From: Octopus vulgaris
Lineage: Eukaryota
Direction of reading: 5' to 3'
Assembly: GCA_951406725.2 (NCBI GenBank)
Contig: OX597820.1
Location: 434,001-498,000 of the forward strand
DNA length: 64,000 nt
The position numbers and the translations under genes are program-made. Every line of letters starts with the position of its first letter. The first letter of the stretch is position 1. The notes beneath the pieces are model-generated. The model made no database searches. It worked only from the letters and a program-made list of their open reading frames with translations, and was not told the DNA's origin. Below, in pieces: positions 37,401 to 47,030 of the stretch.

Positions 37401-40400
37401 GGCCTTCCACAAACAACCTTGCCCGGACTTGTGCCTTGGAGGGGAACTTTCTGGGTGCATTCCCATGGTCATTCATGACTGAAGGGCTCTGATGGGCTTG
37501 AGTTAACAAAAACCTCGTATGGGAAATTTAATTGATGGAAATTGTGCTGAAGCTCATTTTGTGGTGTGTTTGTGCATGCTTGCAGTTTCTCTTTCAATCT
37601 TGTCTGCCTTATATCAATAGAAAATGCCAACCTTTTATTAATATAAAATGCAATCAGACCACTTTAAAGACATGAAGTAACAATTAGGACCAATAAACCC
37701 CAGTATACTAGAAACCTTAACCACACAGCTAGCATGATGCTGCTGCAGCTTCCTCTGCTATCAGAGGTATGATATTCACCCATTGTTTCAATTTGGTGCT
37801 TATTTTATCAATCTCTCTTTGTTGGACTACTAAGTTACAGGACAGATACTTGTTTTTAGACTTGTGTAAACATAAACAAAACCATGTCCTTGATGGATTT
37901 CGATGCTCCTTAGAGTGTTAGGCAATCTGAAATTACAGGAGAAAACACTTGGTCCAAGTGTCATGCTGTGGGACTGAACCTAGGACCAGGCGGTTGTGAA
38001 GCAGACTTCCTGACCACACAGCCATACTAACATCAACTCTTGCATATTACTCCCTTGAATCCTAGGCAGCAGGTCTCGGCCACTGCTCCTGGAGCCACAT
38101 GTGCCCTTCAAGCATCCTTCCACTCTCCCTCAACTGCCTTTTATAAATACATTAAACTTTTCTTTAATTGACTTGTTTTACTCTTTTGGTGTGGATCTCC
38201 TAAAAAAAGTCCAGGTTTTGAATCTGACCAAGAACTACTGATCTTAGGATTCATAAGGTCAATTACCCAGTTTCCATGGCATCAATATGACCAAAATCAC
38301 AACCTTCTTCCCTTGAACAGGATGCTAGTCCATTTACAGTTGAGTGGACTGGGCTAATGGATTTTGAAGTTGTTTTCCTTAAGAACACAACTTGCTGCCT
38401 GGTCCTGGAATTCCTCTTGCTGTTCACGGTCATACTGTACATTTCTTTCAAACTCTTCCTCTTGTTTTTCTCTCTTCCTTTCTTATAAACCAATGAGATA
38501 CCATTTCAACTTAGCAGCAACTTTGTGTTCTCTTTGTAGGGATCATTCTGATAAGAAGACAACTGAAAATGGCAGTGAAGAAAAGCTGGGGAAACTCGTG
38601 TTAAAGAGAGAAGCCAACAAAGATAAAGAGTGGTTGGGATTTTCTTTTTCAGTTTTTTTGCATTTCTCTCTTTTTTTCTTCTTTACTAAAATGTTTCCAA
38701 TGATACAACAATGCACTATAATACAAAACAATGGCCTATAATAAACTGTTGTAATTTAACCATCCATAGTTTGATAATATTTTGGAATAAAATTCCTTCC
38801 TCAGATATCCCTAAACTAAATCACAACAGGTACATAACCCATTGTCTGTATTATAGAGCATTGTTGTACCATTCAAAACTTTTTATTCTTTACAAACAAT
38901 GCACAATGCTTCAAGCAAACTACAATACTCTCATAAAATGTAAACCTTTGTACATCTTGTGTACAACAGGCAGAGGTGTGGCTGTGTGGTAAGAAGCTTG
39001 CTTCCCAACCACATGGCTTCAGGTTCAATCCTGCTGCATGGCACCTTGGGCAAGTGTCTTCTACTATAGCTCCAGGCTGGCCAAAGCCATGTGAGTGGAG
39101 TTGTTGATGGAAACTGAAAGAAGCCCATTGTGTGTTACTGTCATGCAAGTGGTTTCCATTTCTAATGACTGGTTATGGAGAAATATTACCTTACTTGGAA
39201 ACAGCATTCAGAAGAGCCTATTTCCTGCGTCCCAACCGCCTCCTGGTCCTAGGTGCAGCCCACAGCATGCTCCTGATGTCTGTGACATATGAAACTTATG
39301 CAAAGTGATAATAGATGACTGTGGGTGTTGACCTCAGAACATATGGAGTCATAACGAAATACCACAAGGTGTTATATTTGTCGCTCTACTGGTTCTGTCA
39401 AATGGTTTAAATATTAATGAAATATAAGGTGGAGGGAGCTGGCAGAAATGTTAGCACACTGGGCAAAATGCTTAGCGGCATTTTGTCTGACTTCAGGATC
39501 TGAGTTCAAATTCCATCAAGGTTGACTTTCCCTTTCATGGTTGATAAAATAAGTACCAGTTGAGTACTGGGGTTGATGGAATCAACTTATCTCCTCCCTT
39601 GAAATAACTGGCTCTTATTTACATTTGACGGATATTTGTCCTCATCTTGTTTGTTGTTAACACAACATTTCGGCTGATATACCCTCCAACCTTCATCAGG
39701 TGTCTTGGAGAAACTTCGAACCTGGGTTCTCATTCCTAAGGTATTTTTTGATGTTATTATTCAGGTCACTGCCTGGAATCAAACTCAGAATCTTGGGTTT
39801 AGTAGCCTGCGCTCTTAACCATATGCCATATGCCCGTGGGCCATAGCGGTTAAGAGCGCAGGCTACCAAACCCAAAATTCTGAGTTTGATTCCAGGCAGT
39901 GACCTGAATAATAACATCAAAAAATACCTTAGGAATGAGAACCCAGGTTCGAAGTTTCTCCAAGACACCTGATGAAGGTTGGAGGGTATATCAGCCGAAA
40001 TGTTGTGTTAACAACAAACAAGATGAGGACAAATATGCGTCTAATGTAAATAATTCCTCATCTCTTAAATATAGAACTGTGCCAATATTTGAAATCAATA
40101 TTAATAAAATATAAAGATTAAAAACATTATTGTTTTTTGTCAACAAATGTGAAATAGAATTTGTGTCTATGTTGTCCTTCATTTCAACATAATTTAGGTT
40201 TAATGAGTTACTTTTAAAATTTAAACCTAATTTATTGTGTAGGTCTGTGAAAATCCAAGGTTCGTCTCAGCGTACTGCTGATTGGGTGGACAGTTTGAAT
40301 AACGAACCAATTGTTATTGATGATGATGAAGATGAGGAAGAGGATAATACACAAACGACCAAGTCTGACTCCTCAGCTCCAACCCCGATTCCAGCCACAA

Positions 40401-43208
40401 AGAGAGGCAACATCTTCACTTTATTAGAAGAGAAGAAAGAACCAACGCCAAATGCTGATGAACTGCCAGATTTGGAAGAAAAGCTTCCTGGTCTTGGTCG
40501 GTTGACATTTTTTATCTCTCTCTCTCTCTCTCTCTCCCTCCCTCTGTTTCTGTCTCTCCCTCTCTCTGTTTCTGTCTCTCCCTCCCTCTGTTTCTGTCTC
40601 TCCCTCTCTCTGTTTCTGTCTTTCTCTCCCAGTTTCCTCATGCATCCAGAGGTGGACTTGGAGTATTTAGAGTTAAAATCAACAGGTTGGATGCTGGGTT
40701 GTCTTAGCAGCATCATAAGCCACTTGGCAAATCAGTGCCCTGGGCTCCAGAGTGTTTATTGACAGCAGACAGATCAGAATTGGGACCCTACTCTTGTGAG
40801 GCCCTGGGTAAACTGCCTAGTATGCCCATACCTTGAGAGATGGTACCAGATGGATGCCAAGTCATGGGTCTTGGGAGAGCTTTGACTCTTGTAATATTGC
40901 TGCTGATATTTCTTGAGGTTTTTGTCTACTGTCCAATATGTAACAGCATCACCATACTTTTATTTCTATTTATAGCTCTTCGCAAATGTACCAGATCTAC
41001 AACAAGGTCCAGATTCAAGAACCTTCCAAACCCAAAAGGTAATTCTTATGAACTTGATATATTTATTTTGACAGACAGGTATTGAGTATTACAGTTTGTG
41101 GAAGAAACACCTCTGTATATTATCCATAAAGCATGTCTATATTTTATACATAATATGTTAACCACCAAATGTACCACTGGTGGTTCATTGCTAACTTCAC
41201 ACAACCATCTTAGGCACCACCAGTGATAAATTTCCGTAATTTGAGGAAATATTTTATCTTATATCTTTGACATGGTTTCATGGATATTTAAATAACACGA
41301 GTGCTAAATATTAAAGTTTAATCCTTGAGCATTTAAGCCAGCCAGATCTGGTCTCTCACACCTACCTTACAATGTCATTCTAAAAATGAAGCTTCAAGAT
41401 AAATGCATAATTAATTTCAAACAATGTGATTGAATAAATCTTACCTCTGACAGAAAAATCTGAAAACTAAAGACTTAATTATGAAATATTGTAAAAATGC
41501 CAAAAAAATTTGCGTTTCCTTGTAATTAAACAGTGTGAAATATGTGGGGCCAGTGGTCAGTTCGAGTAACAAGACATGGCAGTAAACACCCTGTCTGATA
41601 CAGACTTTGATATCATGGATGCTAGTTTTAAGCCTCTCTCTCTCTCTCCACCTCACTTATCTGTCAAAGACTTTCTCAAAGAAAGCAGCAACCGTTACTG
41701 TGTTTTATTTGATTTCCTTTTGTATTCAAAGATGGAAAGAACCCGAGCAAAGAGAGGATTGAAGAAAGGGAGCAACGACCCAGTACTCGTTACTACTTCA
41801 ATGATGGTCAGCTGTGCTATGTGATGGATGCCAAATCAATGGGAAATCTTGGCCGTTTCCTAAATGTTAGTAATTTTTGTTGTTTCTTTCAAACTTACTC
41901 TTTTTTTAAAACTCTTGTGACAAGTCAGGACAGAAATATTTTCATTGATTCTTACTGTTAAACAAACTGCTAGTAACCAGATTCCAAATATTAGTGGACC
42001 GTGGGGAAACTAGTTTTTGGCAAATCGTTCTGTAAGTCCATGCATTCACAACAGTTTCCATTGCCAGTATTTTGAACCAGGACATCATCATTTAACGTCC
42101 GTTTTCCAAGCTGGCATGAATTGGATGGTTTGACTGGAGCTAGTAAGGCTGGGAACTGCACCAGGACCCATTTGTCTGTTTTTGGCATGGTTGCTACAGC
42201 TAGACGCCCTTAACTCGTTCATTACCAACCCGGCTGAAACTGGTTCTGTAGTACAAATGTCTTGTTTTCATAAGTTTTCAATTAAAATCTTCCACCAAAC
42301 CTTAGTTATCATTAAGCTGGTGTTAGGAACATAAATTGTGACTAAGTTATTTTATTAAATTCTTTGTTATATTTAAAATTAATTGAAAAAAATATGGAGC
42401 ATCTCAACAGAAATTTGGTTAAAAAAAGGGTTAAAATATATAATAGAGAAACAATTCTTAATCCTTTTGATACCAACCCAGCTAAAACCGGTTCTGGCTC
42501 TGTAGTACAAATGTCTTGTTTTCAAAAGTTCTGAATGAAAATCTTCCACCAAACCTTAGTCACAATTTATGTTCCTAACACTAGATGAATGATAACTAAG
42601 TTATTTTACTAAATTCTTTGTTATATTTAAAGTAATTGAAAGAAACATAGAGCATCTCAACAGAAATATGGTAACAAAAGGGTTAATGCTGATATATAGT
42701 GTACTGGGTGCTTTTTACGTGGCACTCACACCTTGTTAGTGTATAAGAGCACAGGTAGGGTGGTGCTATTGAAGAGTCTGCCAGGCTCTTTTGCTAACCT
42801 TAAATCATTACAAATATTTGTAGTGATTTACTGTTGTCTTCTTAAAATGTTTTTCATTTTTGTCTTCCAGCACAGTTGTTCTCCAAATGTTTTCGTTCAA
42901 AACGTGTTTGTTGACACACATGACCTGCGGTTCCCCTGGGTGGCATTCTTTGCTGGACAGTAAGTAGATAACTACTTTACTTTTGGAATTCTCTGAAGCT
43001 CTCTGATATGGCTTCCTATTAGAAATCTATGATTGCTTCTTCACTAATTATAAACCTCTGTTTTTTTTTTTTCTTTTTTCCTACCTTCAGGTACATTCGA
43101 GCAGGAACAGAACTGACCTGGGATTATAACTACGAAGTTGGCAGTGTTCCCGGCAAAATCCTTTATTGCTATTGCAGTTCAGCTGAATGTCGAGGTCGGC
43201 TCTTGTAG
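4714..43208 (+). CDS. SETDB1: Histone-lysine N-methyltransferase SETDB1/eggless, 5'-partial, 22 coding exons in window
   Basis: Manually spliced exons give Tudor motifs ([21 protein letters not shown]; [12 protein letters not shown]), MBD ([11 protein letters not shown]), pre-SET ([20 protein letters not shown]), split SET ([32 protein letters not shown]) and post-SET ([13 protein letters not shown]). All junctions are GT-AG and in frame. Confidence 0.97.
4890..5255. mobile_element. Diverged long inverted repeat (MITE/fold-back)
   Basis: ttatttgttaattggttaactatttaacca pairs with tggttaaatagtcaaccaattaacaaataa; arms ~170 bp. Confidence 0.7.
6587..6660 (+). CDS. SETDB1: SETDB1 exon (Tudor): [24 protein letters not shown]
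   Basis: TTCCAG acceptor, GTAAGT donor, FFDDGYA motif. Confidence 0.95.
7394..7467 (+). CDS. SETDB1: SETDB1 exon: [25 protein letters not shown]
   Basis: CAG/GTAAGT junctions, phase matches neighbours. Confidence 0.93.
7920..9378 (-). mobile_element. RTE-clade LINE, 5'-truncated
   Basis: ORFs 8990-9397 and 8577-8894 (RT C-terminal part, PHD finger, YGHV motif) and (CAT)n tail. Confidence 0.93.
9493..9551 (+). CDS. SETDB1: SETDB1 exon (Tudor): [20 protein letters not shown]
   Basis: CAG/GTAAGA junctions, RPMV..KTEW motif. Confidence 0.93.
9650..9770 (+). CDS. SETDB1: SETDB1 exon (Tudor): [40 protein letters not shown]
   Basis: TGCAG/GTTAGT junctions, [10 protein letters not shown] motif. 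Confidence 0.96.
9890..10285 (+). mobile_element. Degenerate RTE/BovB-like LINE 3' fragment
   Basis: Remnant codons for [22 protein letters not shown] with frameshifts. Confidence 0.55.
10342..10607. mobile_element. hAT-type MITE
   Basis: TIRs cagaggttc/gaacctatg and 8-bp TSD gtttaata (10334-10341 and 10608-10615). Confidence 0.7.
10683..11045 (+). mobile_element. Two tandem tRNA-derived SINEs (first is 5'-truncated) with Nin/Deu-like central domain
   Basis: B-box gagttcaaattc followed by gcctttcatcctttggggtcgataaattaagtacc; the same family recurs at about 22385-22545(-), 34712-34948, 39428-39614 and 44177-44378. Confidence 0.75.
11114..11733. repeat. 23-bp minisatellite, ~27 copies (gggat[a/t]acaagatttaaagtcaa)
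   Basis: Direct reading of the tandem units. Confidence 0.95.
12436..12577 (+). CDS. SETDB1: SETDB1 exon: [47 protein letters not shown]
   Basis: poly-Y/TAG acceptor, GTATGT donor, open frame, PVVEYT resembles vertebrate PVVQYT. Confidence 0.85.
12885..13650. repeat. Diverged ~340-360-bp tandem repeat, ~2.2 units
   Basis: cagtatgaatacc..aagat..tc(c/t)tgatc..ca.ctta...gttgtgtt recurs near 12900, 13255 and 13573. Confidence 0.75.
13843..14016 (+). CDS. SETDB1: SETDB1 exon: [23 protein letters not shown]...AEKKR
   Basis: CAG/GTAAAC junctions, phase 1-1, VAKKST motif. Confidence 0.85.
14330..16497 (-). mobile_element. RTE-clade LINE, 5'-truncated, young subfamily
   Basis: RT ORF 15510-16328 ([18 protein letters not shown]) plus ORF 14923-15387, and (CAT)n tail. 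Confidence 0.95.
17140..20430 (-). mobile_element. RTE-clade LINE, long copy with stops and frameshifts
   Basis: APE endonuclease ([15 protein letters not shown]; 19913-20359), RT (18499-19359), C-terminal part (17614-18489) and (CAT)n tail. Confidence 0.95.
20477..20575 (+). CDS. SETDB1: SETDB1 exon: [33 protein letters not shown]
   Basis: TTGCAG/GTGAGT junctions, 99 nt, phase 1-1, open frame. Confidence 0.8.
21345..21419 (+). CDS. SETDB1: SETDB1 exon: [25 protein letters not shown]
   Basis: TTACAG/GTAAGT junctions, 75 nt, phase 1-1. Confidence 0.82.
21924..22035 (+). CDS. SETDB1: SETDB1 exon (start of MBD): [38 protein letters not shown]
   Basis: poly-T TAG/GTGAGT junctions, HxCSxxC and RGxNxLLVP motifs. 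Confidence 0.92.
23200..23491 (-). mobile_element. 3' fragment of a different RTE-type LINE (C-terminal C2H2-like finger)
   Basis: [24 protein letters not shown] resembles the CxxCGR..SxxGLxSH terminus of RTE ORFs. Confidence 0.55.
24274..24457 (+). CDS. SETDB1: SETDB1 exon (MBD): [33 protein letters not shown]...FTFDP...VPIK
   Basis: CAG/GTAGGT junctions, MBD-like Y..PC.R..R and F.FD motifs. Confidence 0.94.
24757..25129. mobile_element. Fold-back element, internally deleted relative of 27188-27754
   Basis: Arms ttgccaacataacatggcagtcctggttta and taaaccaggattgccatgttttgttggcaa; shares sequence with the 27.2-kb element. Confidence 0.78.
25571..25756 (+). CDS. SETDB1: SETDB1 exon (pre-SET): [21 protein letters not shown]...CDCTDGCR
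   Basis: TGCAG/GTAATG junctions, DISYGKE and CDC..GC motifs. Confidence 0.96.
26182..26520. mobile_element. Hammerhead-bearing element: one inverted arm plus two tandem sense arms
   Basis: 14-bp TSD gtataactggttta (26168-26181 and 26521-26534); same family as 39615-40080. Confidence 0.82.
26397..26442 (+). ncRNA. Minimal type I hammerhead motif, stem III decayed
   Basis: gacac-CTGATGA-t-ggctg...cagcc-GAA-ACAT-T-gtgt. Confidence 0.55.
27188..27754. mobile_element. Fold-back element with ~225-bp arms, each with a hammerhead motif
   Basis: Long inverted repeat; motifs at 27321-27361(-) and 27543-27585(+), inferred consensus ctgtg-CTGATGA-..-GAA-ATCGCGAT-A-cacag. Confidence 0.78.
27852..27973 (+). 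CDS. SETDB1: SETDB1 exon (pre-SET): [15 protein letters not shown]...[14 protein letters not shown]
   Basis: TTCAG/GTAAGG junctions, KCAC and GY.Y.RL motifs. Confidence 0.95.
28404..29722 (-). mobile_element. Penelope-like element (Neptune-like), 5'-truncated: GIY-YIG endonuclease plus 3' region
   Basis: Continuous frame [10 protein letters not shown]...[36 protein letters not shown]...[13 protein letters not shown]; hammerhead in the 3' region. Confidence 0.88.
28500..28537 (-). ncRNA. Minimal type I hammerhead motif with variant core CUGUUGA
   Basis: tcttt-CTGTTGA-a-gagc-gtag-gctc-GAA-ACGT-T-aaaga; stems I and II perfect, palindromic stem III. Confidence 0.7.
29800..30092. repeat. 37-bp minisatellite, ~8 copies (ctcaggtgagacactgaggcgaaaggagctagaaggg)
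   Basis: Units start at 29806, 29843, 29880 ... 30065. Confidence 0.95.
30095..30926. mobile_element. Fold-back element, left arm interrupted by an RTE 3' fragment (~30175-30365)
   Basis: tgaaaggtataatgaataa / ttattcattatacctttca and caatggttaaacccaacagtata / tatactgttgggtttaaccattg inverted matches. Confidence 0.75.
31347..31451 (+). CDS. SETDB1: SETDB1 exon (pre-SET/SET): [35 protein letters not shown]
   Basis: TTTCAG/GTAAGA junctions, YEC...CKC and LQVFKT motifs. Confidence 0.96.
33154..34700 (-). mobile_element. Non-autonomous Helitron(s): one 3' end, two candidate 5' ends (33548 and 34700)
   Basis: Minus strand ends in hairpin cccgagcaacgccggg, a short spacer and CTAG followed by T. 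5' ends read A|TCTTTATATA and A|TCTCTTATTATA. Confidence 0.7.
34958..35051 (+). CDS. SETDB1: SETDB1 exon (SET-N): [31 protein letters not shown]
   Basis: TTTCAG/GTATGT junctions, GWG..F.C.YAG motif. Confidence 0.96.
35355..35720 (+). mobile_element. tRNA-derived SINE with CR1-like 3' tail
   Basis: A-box tggctgtgtgctaag, B-box ggttcagtccc, ccttgggca core, tail ggtggtgctccagcatggccacag; related copies near 22545-22700(-), 32635-32780 and 38968-39130. Confidence 0.72.
36466..36635 (+). CDS. SETDB1: SETDB1 exon (SET-N/insert): [30 protein letters not shown]...
   Basis: CAG/GTAAGT junctions, GDEY.A.LD.IE.VE..KEGYES motif. Confidence 0.94.
36855..37055. mobile_element. piggyBac-type MITE
   Basis: TTAA|ccctttagtatt ... 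aatgctaaaggg|TTCA. Confidence 0.65.
37160..37490 (+). mobile_element. tRNA-derived SINE (third family)
   Basis: tggctcagtggttag A-box, gagtttgaatccc B-box, gttcttgagcaagacactttatttc core; reverse copies near 1712-2008 and 4195-4345. Confidence 0.65.
38540..38632 (+). CDS. SETDB1: SETDB1 exon (SET insert): [31 protein letters not shown]
   Basis: TGTAG acceptor, phase 2-2 compatible, purine-rich open frame. Donor (GTTGGG, or GTGGTT 3 nt earlier) is uncertain. Confidence 0.7.
39615..40080. mobile_element. Near-perfect ~440-bp palindrome: two head-to-head tRNA-like-head + hammerhead units
   Basis: Arms 39615-~39820 and ~39848-40053 are reverse complements with few mismatches; inserted into the tail of a SINE. 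Confidence 0.88.
39964..40009 (+). ncRNA. Minimal type I hammerhead motif (mirror copy at 39659-39704, - strand)
   Basis: gacac-CTGATGA-a-ggttg-gagggtatat-cagcc-GAA-ATGT-T-gtgtt. Confidence 0.65.
40243..40496 (+). CDS. SETDB1: SETDB1 exon (acidic SET insert): [34 protein letters not shown]...[12 protein letters not shown]
   Basis: TGTAG acceptor, acidic open frame. Donor is GTCGGT (40497) or GTCTTG (40491), both phase 1. Confidence 0.8.
40976..41038 (+). CDS. SETDB1: SETDB1 exon (SET insert): [21 protein letters not shown]
   Basis: TATAG/GTAATT junctions, 63 nt, phase 1-1. Confidence 0.78.
41732..41865 (+). CDS. SETDB1: SETDB1 exon (SET-C): DGKNPSKER...[28 protein letters not shown]
   Basis: AAG acceptor after poly-Y, GTTAGT donor, DAK..GN.GR.LN motif. 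Confidence 0.93.
42214..42682. mobile_element. Two adjacent piggyBac-type MITE copies (42214-42430 and 42462-42682)
   Basis: Each copy is bounded by TTAA with (c/t)ccttttg.tacc ... ggtaacaaaaggg-like TIRs and a shared internal sequence. Confidence 0.7.
42871..42959 (+). CDS. SETDB1: SETDB1 exon (SET-C): [30 protein letters not shown]
   Basis: TTCCAG/GTAAGT junctions, near-invariant SETDB1 motif. Confidence 0.97.
43091..43208 (+). CDS. SETDB1: SETDB1 last coding exon (SET-C/post-SET): [38 protein letters not shown]
   Basis: TTCAG acceptor, ELTWDY and CxCxxxxC motifs, TAG stop at 43206-43208. Confidence 0.97.
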
Positions 43209-43425
43209 AGTCAAATCTATTTTTAGGACATCAATCTTGGCAATGTTTTTGCCGTATGAACTTTTTGCAGAGTCAGTCACCATTGGTTACATTGAAAGTT
43301 CCATTTTTATGCCAACTGGTATCAACACACACACACACACACACACACACTACTAAAACTAGAATTTGGTCAGAAGAGCCGATTGGATTAACGTTTTGAA
43401 GATCTGCTGCTATTGGTCAATTAAA

Positions 43426-43431
43426 AATAAA
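43426..43431 (+). promoter_or_regulatory. Candidate polyadenylation signal of SETDB1 (further AATAAA near 44120, 44504, 44656)
   Basis: First AATAAA seen downstream of the stop; usage unknown. Confidence 0.35.
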
Positions 43432-45054
43432 CTTCTTCATTTCAATTGATCACATAATCTGCGCTCTGATGGCCTCACCATTTGACTGACCATAGTGCTG
43501 ACAACTCCATGCATTTAAAGACATTTCTTGTGTGGTCAATTTGGAGGAGATTCTTAGGAACTGATTTCAAAAATTCCATTTTGTTTGTAACTGTTGTTAT
43601 TGGGATCCAAGGAAGAGCAATTAGAAAAACCAAAAAAGCTATGACTTTTTATTATAGAAAGAATAGTGCCTCTTATGCTGGTATTTGTACAAGTGTGTGT
43701 GTGTGTGTGTGCATGTACACATTACAGAAACTCCCTTTCCACTATTGGCCACCACCATCAGTCATACCTTGTTTGTTATTTATTTTCTTTTTTGGTTTAT
43801 TTGGCAATGTCTCATTGGAAGCAGGATTTAAGTAAAGACCGTACATGCAAAATTGATAAACTACCACTTTTAGCTGATGTCAACATAATTTGGAAACATT
43901 AACTTTCTAATTTGTTGCTATTTAACCAAAAACCCATTCACATCAGAATCAATGATATTTTACTTTTCTCTTTCACAGACCCAGCATGTTACGATTGGTC
44001 TTTGGAAGTTTTGATCTCTTAACACCCTTATTGGTTATCTTGCCAACTTGGGTGGATAAAAAAAAACAACAAAAAAACCCTTTCATGATCATATAACCAG
44101 AATTTCAGGTAGATTTAAAAATAAAGACTTAGCGTTTTAAACACTAAGAATCTGACCATTATCATCAGAATTCTTAAGGTGGCAGAATTGTTAGCAGCGC
44201 CAGGTGAAATGCTTAGCGGTATTTCGTCTGTTCCGAGTTAAAATTCCGCCAAGGTTGACTTTGCCTTTCATCCTTGATAAATTAAGTACCAGTTATGCAC
44301 TGGGGTCAATGTAATCAACTTATCCCCTCCCCTCCAAAAAAATGTCTGCCCTTGTGGCAAAATTTAAAACCATTATTATCAGAATTCGTATTTCATTTAA
44401 TATCGGGTTTTATATTTTACTGTAGCAAATCAAAATAGACATTTTTTAAAAAATCCAGTTTATCCATTCTACCTTCCCTCCCCCCCTCCACACACAATAC
44501 TGGAATAAACATTCAAATTGCCAGGCTATATTTTTAAACTGACGGATTGCAATTTCTTCCCAAAACCGTGTCTTGCGTATTTGCATCACATTCTTTCATC
44601 ACCCACTTGTCTATGTTCATTGTGCTTTGTTCTTTTATTTGTGTACTTGAATAGAAATAAAATATTTGCCACATGATTTACAGAAGCTTTGACTTCAGGT
44701 TGCCAATTCAAATGTGCAGAAAAGCAGGTCGCACGAATAAGCTTTGTCCTCCAATGACATCCAATTGTTATGCTAAAGTCTTGAGGGCACTGATTATCGT
44801 AGTCTTTAAGAAAGTCTCATGGTGTTCAACAATTTGGTAAAGGCAAGAAATATGTTCTTTTTTCAACTGCAGAAAAGAAAATATAAATATATCATCAAAG
44901 GTAAGATGATTAACAGTTAGTAAATTCTTGATTAGGCACATAATTACTTTTTGCTATGGGGGACAGGTTATGTTATAGGTACTATAATTTTTAGAAGACA
45001 AGCAAAAAAAAAAAATAAAATTATAACAATCAACCAAACAAAACGAAAAACATT

Positions 45055-45319
45055 AAATCAAACCCAAAGGCCTTCTTTCATTACAAGATAGGACCCCTCC
45101 TCCAAACGGATGGCTCCCTCACAGACAGTTCAACTATGATCAGTGAGATGCTGAATGACCAGTTCAAAAGTGTCTTTACCACCCCGTTGGAACACAGACA
45201 AGTGAACGCAACCGAGTGGACTTCTTTGCCACCTCACCTATAACCAGCGAGGCGGTTACAATGGAATGTATTGACTTAGTGAAAATGTCCTACTAGCCAT
45301 AGATGAAGTGGACACAAAC

Positions 45320-45320
<1 letters not shown>
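45055..45320 (+). mobile_element. Old CR1-like LINE internal fragment
   Basis: Reads KSNPKAFF..KIGPLLQTDGSLT..SEMLNDQFKSVFTTP, homologous to KTNPRAFY..RIGPLLEKDGTLT..SEILNEQFKSVFTPP of the 55-56 kb LINE. Confidence 0.7.

Positions 45321-47027
<1,707 letters not shown>

Positions 47028-47030
<3 letters not shown>

Noticed and set aside
39838-39904. Functional tRNA gene
   Set aside because: A/B-box-like motifs are present but I could not build a full cloverleaf; it is treated as a SINE head.
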